Positions 1-5,757 of a stretch of DNA of 12,204 bases are shown in pieces. How positions within the stretch are numbered: position 1 is the stretch's first letter; every line of letters starts with the position of its first letter. A program made the translations under genes and the position numbers. Source of the stretch: Candidatus Oleincola secundus (GTDB lineage Bacteria; Atribacterota; Phoenicimicrobiia; Phoenicimicrobiales; Stramentimicrobiaceae); the NCBI GenBank assembly GCA_018400815.1, contig JAGYLS010000053.1, positions 1-12,204 of the forward strand, given 5' to 3'. Under the pieces are notes generated by a model that worked only from the letters and a program-made list of their open reading frames with translations, had not been told where the DNA came from and made no database searches.

Positions 1-6
1 TAGTAT

Positions 7-31
7 GAACCAAGGGAATGTCCCCTGGTTC
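7..31 (-). repeat. Stem-loop / REP-like palindrome downstream of the helicase gene
   Basis: Minus strand reads GAACCAGGGGA-CAT-TCCCTTGGTTC, an 11-bp stem with one G.U pair. It lies about 44 nt after the helicase stop. No U-tract is visible in the window, so a REP-like or mRNA-stabilising role fits better than a classic terminator. Confidence 0.55.
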
Positions 32-52
32 TGGTATTTGGTATTTAGTCAG
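32..52. repeat. Short heptamer tandem repeat (TGGTATT)x2 + TAGTCAG
   Basis: Read directly: tggtatt tggtatt tagtcag. Confidence 0.45.
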
Positions 53-74
53 TTACTAATAATCCAAGCAGTTA

Positions 75-1694
75 TCATTTTGAAAGGACAGGTTTTTTCT
101 TTTGCTTAGCCCTGGCCTTTACAACTAATGACCTTCCCTTGCCGGATTTCTTTTGAAAGATACCTAAAATTGTCTTTGCTTCTTTAAAAGGAACGGTTAT
201 AAAGGAAAATTCATTATAGACTTCTACCTGATCAATATCAGATTTATTAACTCCGGTATTTTCAAAAACATACTTTACCAATTTTGCAGGAGTAATCTTA
301 TCTTTCTTCCCCATTGCTACGAAAAGCCTGGTTTTGCCTTCCAGTTCTATTTTTCTGTTTCTACCGGATAATTCTTTTATCTCGTTATATAAACCCGGAT
401 TAAGCTTATCATCAAAACTGTAGTTCAATATTTTGGCAAGAACTTCAGTAGTATTACTATTTTCAAGAAGCCTTTTTGCCCAATTGTAATAGTTAGTATC
501 TATTTCTTCACTGTTCATGGCTGCAATATCTTCATTTATTTTCCTGGTCTTTGCCCTGATGATATCTTTAACGTTAGGCACTTTCAGTTTTTTAATATCG
601 GTTTTTGCTTTGCGTTGAATGAACATCAGCTTATGGTATTCGCTAGGTGTAATAAAGGTAATAGCCGTACCCTCTTTACCTGCTCTTCCGGTTCTTCCAA
701 TCCTGTGTACATAAGATTCAGGGTCATGAGGTAAAGAATAGTTGATAACATGGCTCATATTATTAACATCTAAACCACGGGCAGCTACGTCTGTTGCTAC
801 CAGGATATTAATCTTCTTTTTTTTGAATCTGCCAAGAGTCTTTTCTCTCTGGCTTTGTGAGATATCACCATGGATAAAATCTGCATCATAGCCTCTCTCT
901 GTAAGATGACTTGCGACTTCATCAACATCATTCTTGGTCCTGCAGAAAACCAGTCCATAAAAATCTTCTTCAATATCAACAATCCTGCATAGGGCTTCAA
1001 ATTTATCAGAAGACTGTACTTCATAATATATCTGTTCGGTAAGACTTACGGTAGGCTTTTGTTTTTCAACGGTAATAAATTCATAACTACCCATATATTT
1101 ACCTGCCAATGTCTTAATTCTTGCAGGTATGGTAGCTGAAAAGAGAAGTGTCCTCTTCCTGGGATTGGTGTGTTTCATTATTTCTTCCACATCTTCAATA
1201 AATCCCATATTCAACATTTCATCAGCCTCATCAAGGATAAGATATTCTATATCCCTGAGATTGAGGGTCTTTCTGTTGAGATGATCAATAACTCTTCCGG
1301 GAGTTCCCACTACAATATGAACTCCTTTTTTTAGACGCCTTAATTGCTGGTCAATTGATTGTCCACCATAAACAGGAATAACCTGGATACCTGTATTTCC
1401 CTTTAAGGAATTAATCTCCTCAGAAACCTGTATGGCGAGTTCTCTGGTAGGTGTTACAATCATAGCCTGTACACTTCTTTGTTTAGGTTCTATCATTTCA
1501 ATTAAAGGTAAGCCGAATGCTGCTGTTTTCCCGGTACCTGTCTGAGCTTGTACAATGATATTGGTATCATCGCGTAACATTACCGGAATTGTTAAAGTCT
1601 GAATAGGGGTTGGCTCTTCAAAGCCTTTCTTAGAAATAGCTTCAATAACCTCTTCAGAAAGGCCAAGCTGTTTGAATCTTTCAATATCTGTCAT
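75..1694 (-). CDS. deaD: ATP-dependent DEAD-box RNA helicase (DeaD/CsdA/CshA-like) with C-terminal DbpA-type RNA-binding domain, 539 aa
   Basis: Motifs Q (GFEEPTPIQ), I (AQTGTGKT), Ia (PTRELA), Ib (TPGRV), II (DEAD), III (SAT), VI (HRIGRTGRAG). The C-terminal TRLFVAMGKKDKI...FSFITVP is DbpA-domain-like. Start moved from 1808 to the ATG at 1694 (MTDIERF), which has an AGGAG SD directly upstream. Confidence 0.95.
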   Translation of the reverse strand: MTDIERFKQLGLSEEVIEAISKKGFEEPTPIQTLTIPVMLRDDTNIIVQAQTGTGKTAAFGLPLIEMIEPKQRSVQAMIVTPTRELAIQVSEEINSLKGNTGIQVIPVYGGQSIDQQLRRLKKGVHIVVGTPGRVIDHLNRKTLNLRDIEYLILDEADEMLNMGFIEDVEEIMKHTNPRKRTLLFSATIPARIKTLAGKYMGSYEFITVEKQKPTVSLTEQIYYEVQSSDKFEALCRIVDIEEDFYGLVFCRTKNDVDEVASHLTERGYDADFIHGDISQSQREKTLGRFKKKKINILVATDVAARGLDVNNMSHVINYSLPHDPESYVHRIGRTGRAGKEGTAITFITPSEYHKLMFIQRKAKTDIKKLKVPNVKDIIRAKTRKINEDIAAMNSEEIDTNYYNWAKRLLENSNTTEVLAKILNYSFDDKLNPGLYNEIKELSGRNRKIELEGKTRLFVAMGKKDKITPAKLVKYVFENTGVNKSDIDQVEVYNEFSFITVPFKEAKTILGIFQKKSGKGRSLVVKARAKQKKKPVLSK

Positions 1695-1886
1695 TTTTTC
1701 TCCTAAATATAATAAATAATAATTTTTTTCTGTATATGTTTGCTTTTTGATGATAAGAATCGAATTATTCGCTTGACGTTTCGAAGATATCCTAAGTTGC
1801 CAGACCAATGGAAAGCAATTTGGGCACAGCGAAGCTCAAAATGGGCATTCATTCTTGTGTTTGTAAATTAGTGCACAATTAAAAGC

Positions 1887-1917
1887 AGAATACATTTAAG
1901 TATAACACAGGTGTCAA
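1887..1917 (-). promoter_or_regulatory. Possible sigma70 promoter of the helicase gene
   Basis: Perfect TTGACA at 1917-1912. The best -10 (TATTCT, 1892-1887) is 19 nt away and TATACT is only 7 nt away, so spacing is non-ideal. Confidence 0.3.
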
Positions 1918-1983
1918 GGGGAAATTTGTGGTGTGTAGTGCGGTGAATAATGATTTTTCAATATTTTTTTAAATTTTTCTCTA

Positions 1984-3270
1984 TTAATTTTTTTCTATCA
2001 TTACATCTAATATCGCCTGGTCTGTAGCAATCATACCTGGATCACACAGATGACCCAGGTTTTTAAACAGTTGTCTGAAATCAGGATGAACAATGCCATC
2101 AGTATTGTGAATAATTGAACCATTCAAAGCCAGTAATGCTGATTGGACTGCCCATCCGGATGCCAAAGCCAGTTTATAGGAGCAGCCTTCTTTGGCACCA
2201 TCACAGATAACTCCAGAGATAGAGCCGACCATATTATAAAGTGCACCCATGATTTTATCCTGATTTCCACCTAACAGATATATTACCCCGGCACTTGCTC
2301 CAATTCCAGCAGCTACTCCGCAACCGCACATTGCCGACAAGGTCCCGGTATAAGATTTAATGAAAAAGGTAATGAGATTAGTTAATGCCAAAGACCTGAT
2401 TAATGTCTCTTGGGAAAGTTGTTTTTTTTCTGCTACCGCATAATTGGTTAGAAAGGCAGTGATGCCATGATTCCCGCTTCCGGCAGTACTCATTACCGGA
2501 AGGTTGCTGCCAGCCATGCGGGCTTCCGAGGCAGCTGCACAGAGTACCTGGGCACGGGTAACCATATTATCAGAGATTAGACCTTCCTGAATTAGCTTGG
2601 TCAGGGTAGACCCTACACCAGATTCTATTGTTAGTCCCTCCCTGGCAATCTCCAGGTTCATCTTAATGCCTTCCTCTAAAAATGCCAAATCTTTAAGGGG
2701 TGTATTATTAGAAAATCGAAGAAAATCCTCTAAGGCATATTTCTGAATCTTGTTATTGGAATTATTATTGCTTTTATCTTCTCTTATATAAGGTTTGAAA
2801 TGTTTTTCTCTGGTAATTTTTTCCACACTTACAATGTTAAGATGACTATCTACAGTAATCACCCTGACTTTTTCCTTGTCAGTTTCAAGTTCAACCTGTA
2901 TGTGTAAACCTTTATATTCTCTGTTTAGTACAATGTTAATTTTTTCCTGTGCTATCAATTCTTTGGCTTTACTTATATCTTCCTTTCCTAAACCCTCAAT
3001 AACTCTGAATCCTTTTTCGGTTTTACCAAAGAGAAAACCAAAGGCTGCAGCGGCAAGTAAACCTCTTTCTGTAGTTCCCGGTATAGTTACCATAAGACCA
3101 TTCTTGTAAATGTTAGAATCAACCTGGATTTGCATGTTAGATAAGATACCTGTAGATTTTTCTTTTGCCTTTGCTACCGCATAAGCAACTGCAATGGGTT
3201 CTGTACATCCCGTAGCAGGTGTAATGCCTTTTTTTAACAAATTAAGCAAATTTTCTTGACTTTTTTCCAT
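1984..3270 (-). CDS. L-cysteine desulfidase family Fe-S lyase (UPF0597/YhaM-CyuA/CdsB type), 428 aa
   Basis: N-terminal PATGCTEP (catalytic Cys motif), RMAG..LPVMSTAGSGNHG, SAMCGC and ICDGAKEGC cysteine motifs typical of this family. GGAG SD upstream. Confidence 0.88.
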   Translation of the reverse strand: MEKSQENLLNLLKKGITPATGCTEPIAVAYAVAKAKEKSTGILSNMQIQVDSNIYKNGLMVTIPGTTERGLLAAAAFGFLFGKTEKGFRVIEGLGKEDISKAKELIAQEKINIVLNREYKGLHIQVELETDKEKVRVITVDSHLNIVSVEKITREKHFKPYIREDKSNNNSNNKIQKYALEDFLRFSNNTPLKDLAFLEEGIKMNLEIAREGLTIESGVGSTLTKLIQEGLISDNMVTRAQVLCAAASEARMAGSNLPVMSTAGSGNHGITAFLTNYAVAEKKQLSQETLIRSLALTNLITFFIKSYTGTLSAMCGCGVAAGIGASAGVIYLLGGNQDKIMGALYNMVGSISGVICDGAKEGCSYKLALASGWAVQSALLALNGSIIHNTDGIVHPDFRQLFKNLGHLCDPGMIATDQAILDVMIEKN

Positions 3271-3306
3271 TGTTATCTCCAGCTTAAATTTATAGATACT
3301 TTCTCA

Positions 3307-3696
3307 TTACTGTTCATCACAATAAGCAATTGCTTCAATTTCAATTTGAACATCTTTAGGTAAGCGTGCCACCTCTATGCAGCTTCGGGCAGGGAATTGA
3401 CTGTCAAAGTATTGACTATATATTTCATTAACCTTGGGAAAATTATTCATGTCTTTTAAGAAGATAGTTACTTTAACAATGTTACTAAAATCAATTAAAT
3501 AGGGTTTTAAAACTGCTTTGAGATTTTGCAGGGATTGTTTGGTCTGTGTTTCGATATCACCTTCTACAATTTCTCCTATGGTTGGATCAATAGGTATCTG
3601 CCCTGAGGCAAATACTAAGTTTCCAATTTTAAGAGCGGGAGAATATGGACCAATTGCCGCAGGTGCTTCATGATTGATTTTAATTTCTTTTTCCAC
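3307..3696 (-). CDS. ridA: RidA (YjgF/YER057c/UK114) reactive enamine/imine deaminase, 129 aa
   Basis: APAAIGPYS, ASGQIPIDP, FPARSCIEVARLPK and IEIEAIA with the catalytic Arg and C-terminal Glu retained. GTG start with an AAGGAG SD. Confidence 0.93.
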   Translation of the reverse strand: MEKEIKINHEAPAAIGPYSPALKIGNLVFASGQIPIDPTIGEIVEGDIETQTKQSLQNLKAVLKPYLIDFSNIVKVTIFLKDMNNFPKVNEIYSQYFDSQFPARSCIEVARLPKDVQIEIEAIAYCDEQ

Positions 3697-3740
3697 TTAA
3701 TAAGTACTCCTTTCTTTTGCTTCTTGCTTGATAGAATGCA

Positions 3741-4445
3741 TTATGGTGCATTATTGCCATATTGCTTGACTAGTTTATCTTTTTTATTTCTTAGCTTTAA
3801 TTCATCAAGATAATTATAGATGGTGTAACGAGAGACATTTAGCCTGTGTGCCAATTGATCTATAGCTCCTTTAATCATAAAGCCACCTTTCTTATCAACA
3901 ATTTCCACCACTCTCAAATTGTCTTCTTTTTGCATTAACGATACAGGCTTGTTTATCTCTTCAATTGCCTTACCTATGATATTATCAAGAATTTCATCTA
4001 CATCTTTAACAAAAGTTTCCTCTTTTTCTTCATTTAGTTCATTTATAGTGCAGAATTCATTTATTATATTTTCGAACATCAAATGACCAGTCATATCGTA
4101 ATTAATACATAAGCATCCCACTATTTTGCTTTTTTCATCTTTAATAAAGACACTGGAGGATTTTAGTATCCTTCCATCTTTCGTTTTTGTTTTATAATTA
4201 AGTAATTTATCTTGATTGCCATCACCAAAACCGCCTTCTCGCCAGGAAGCTAAGGCAAAATCTGTTATAGGGTCACCAACCTTCTTCCGGTAACATGGCC
4301 ATTTTCAATTGCTATAACAGAGTGCTGTGGACCACTAAAAATCATGAAGTACAACTTCACAGTTTTTACCAAATGTTGCTGATATTGTTTTTACGATGGG
4401 AATGAGGGTTTTTATTATTGGATGTTTTTTTCTACTTTCGGTCAT
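3741..4445 (-). CDS. YheO/DauR-like transcriptional regulator (PAS_6 + HTH_22), about 234 aa, with two compensating indels
   Basis: Manual translation from the ATG at 4445 gives MTESRKKHPIIKTLIPIVKTISATFGKNCEVVLHDF / SGPQHSVIAIENGHVTGR / KVGDPITDF...DGRILKSSSVFIKDEKSKIVGCLCINYD...KGGFMIKGAIDQLAHRLNVSRYTIYNYL. One extra base in the A run at 4337-4341 creates a TAG, and one missing base near 4284 restores the frame. The ORF track caught only 3741-4121. Confidence 0.9.
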
Positions 4446-4486
4446 AATTTAGAATTCCTTATTATTTCTAAATTAAATATTTACAA

Positions 4487-4512
4487 AATATTTTAATACT
4501 TATTAAAATATT
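4487..4512. promoter_or_regulatory. Perfect 12-bp inverted repeat (AATATTTTAATA-ct-TATTAAAATATT), candidate operator
   Basis: Seen directly. It lies between the -10 box (4526-4531) and the regulator start codon (4445). Confidence 0.55.
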
Positions 4513-4525
4513 GTATGTTAATTAA

Positions 4526-4553
4526 ATTATACTATGTCAAATCAGAATGTCAA
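4526..4553 (-). promoter_or_regulatory. Consensus sigma70 promoter of the regulator-ridA-desulfidase operon
   Basis: Minus strand TTGACA (4553-4548) - 16 nt - TATAAT (4531-4526). A second TTGACA lies inside the spacer at 4540-4535. Confidence 0.8.
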
Positions 4554-4601
4554 ATTTTTTTACGATGAAAGCATAAATGTAGTATAAGTGAAAGTTAATA
4601 A

Positions 4602-4629
4602 CAGTTATCAGTTATTAGTTTTCAGATAA
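4602..4629. repeat. Heptamer tandem repeat CAGTTAT CAGTTAT TAGTTTT CAGATAA
   Basis: Four degenerate 7-mers read directly. Confidence 0.55.
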
Positions 4630-4705
4630 AATAGAATAAAATCTACTTAGGATTGGGAATAAATATAAAGATTGACTTGATGAGTCATCAGTAAGTGCAA
4701 TAGTA

Positions 4706-4714
4706 TGGTAAAAT
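4706..4714 (+). promoter_or_regulatory. Extended -10 element (TGnTAAAAT) upstream of the GNAT gene
   Basis: TGGTAAAAT about 55 nt upstream of the GNAT start, with no good -35. Another TATAAT is at 4754-4759. Confidence 0.35.
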
Positions 4715-4770
4715 ATTAGTTAAACCTTTATTTGGGAATAGAAATTGTTAAACTATAATGCTAATAATTT

Positions 4771-5303
4771 ATGGCTTTGGGGGATATTTTGAAGAAAAGG
4801 GATACAGATTTTAAAATAAGAACCGCGGCTGAGAAGGATATCCAAACCCTTGCCCGTTTTCGTTTATCATTACAGGAGCATATGGAAAAGACCAATTCTA
4901 AAATCCTGCCATTAAGCCAGAGTGCCAGAAAATCACTACCTGAACGATATCGGCAATGATATCTGATCCGATGCGGCAGGTTATCTGTGCTGAATCTCAA
5001 TCCGGTGAATTAATTGGTATGGCAATAGCACTGGTAATGGAGCAAACTGACTGGGATCCCCCACGGGTAGGCAGGATTGATGATGTCTGGGTAGAGAAAA
5101 AATATCGCCGTAAGGGAGTAGTTCGCTTGCTAATACGGGATTTGCTTTATTTTTTTTCAAATCAGAATGTATCAACTATTGTCCTGGACTATGTAGACGG
5201 AAATAAAGAAGCTGAATTAACCTGGGAATCATTTGGTTTTCAGACGATTCTAAAAACAGCAATTATTTCTCCGGCTGAATTAGAGAGACAAATTGGAAAA
5301 TAA
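4771..5303 (+). CDS. GNAT-family N-acetyltransferase, about 177 aa, split by one frameshift near 4956
   Basis: The first ORF carries the typical GNAT start (FKIRTAAEKDIQTLARF). The second carries motif A (IDDVWVEKKYRRKGVVRLL) and motif B (NKEAELTWESFGF). Adding one base at about 4955-4958 fuses them. An alternative TTG start at 4789 follows a GGGGGA SD. Confidence 0.8.
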
Positions 5304-5308
5304 TAAAA

Positions 5309-5343
5309 GAGTCGTGAGTCGTGCGTATCGCGTATTGAGTATA
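5309..5343. repeat. Heptamer tandem repeat GAGTCGT GAGTCGT GCGTATC GCGTATT GAGTATA
   Basis: Five degenerate 7-mers immediately after the GNAT stop codon. Confidence 0.65.
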
Positions 5344-5361
5344 AATACAGAACCTATCTTA

Positions 5362-5443
5362 TTCCTCCCCCTTGAAGGGGGAGGATAAAGGTGGGGGTGA
5401 AATTTCCCCCTCACCCTAACCCTCTCCCTCCGAGGGGAGAGGG
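5362..5443. repeat. Inverted doublet of BoxC/REP-like palindromic elements
   Basis: Hairpin TCCTCCCCC-ttgaa-GGGGGAGGA (5363-5385) with purine tail TAAAGGTGGGGGTGA, then pyrimidine tail CCCCCTCACCCTAA plus hairpin CCCTCTCCC-tccgag-GGGAGAGGG (5420-5443). The second unit resembles the enterobacterial BoxC-type repeat (recognised from memory, not searched). Confidence 0.75.
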
Positions 5444-5514
5444 CAATATAAGAAAAGGATAATTTTATGCTAATAATTAATAAGGTGTCTTAGAGAGAGC
5501 TTGTTAGTTGACTT

Positions 5515-5545
5515 TTGACTCAGTATCTTGATACTATTTTATAAT
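5515..5545 (+). promoter_or_regulatory. Promoter TTGACT-N19-TATAAT with a dyad in the spacer (MerR-type architecture) upstream of thrC
   Basis: TTGACT 5515-5520; spacer CAGTATCTTGATACTATTT (19 nt) containing AGTATC-tt-GATACT; TATAAT 5540-5545. Confidence 0.55.
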
Positions 5546-5694
5546 TGTATGAGATTGCTTTGTCGCTACAATCTGCCATTAGACTTATACATATGAATTT
5601 ATTAAATAATAATAAAATAAAAAAGGTTTAGATATTTTTGTTAATCTAAAAACGAAAACCAAAACTAAAAACCTTTTTTCTATCACATCAGATT

Positions 5695-5726
5695 TCAGTT
5701 GTTTAATTGGTGAATTGGTAAATTGG
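5695..5726. repeat. Octamer tandem repeat (TnAATTGG)x3 preceded by a degenerate unit
   Basis: tcagttgt ttaattgg tgaattgg taaattgg, about 30 nt upstream of the thrC start. Confidence 0.55.
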
Positions 5727-5757
5727 TCATGTAAATAACCCAGGAGAGTGAATTTCA

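Noticed and set aside
797..1024. 75-aa alternative-frame ORF inside the helicase
   Set aside because: Fully nested in a conserved gene, with no recognisable motif or SD.
1695..1808. 38-aa N-terminal extension of the helicase in the ORF track
   Set aside because: Low-complexity, non-helicase sequence. A clear AGGAG SD precedes the ATG at 1694.
2876..3109. 77-aa + strand ORF
   Set aside because: Antisense shadow of the desulfidase gene.
4761..5175. Minus-strand ORFs 4761-5000 and 4981-5175
   Set aside because: Antisense shadows of the GNAT gene.
4771..5303. Small ORF + GNAT as a type II toxin-antitoxin pair (AtaRT/TacAT-like)
   Set aside because: The 62-aa ORF is not RHH/DUF1778-like. It is the first strand and helix of the GNAT fold itself.
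5467..5493. Mini-ORF MLIINKVS with an AAGGA SD
   Set aside because: Only 8 codons, no Thr/Ile run typical of a thr attenuator, and it lies upstream of the predicted thrC promoter.
5546..5757. T-box, riboswitch or attenuator leader for thrC (including 15-aa ORF 5549-5596 and AAAAAAGGTTT/AAACCTTTTTT pairing at 5619-5679)
   Set aside because: No GGTGGnACC T-box motif and no Thr-rich peptide. The pairing is AT-rich and overlaps simple AAAACN repeats.
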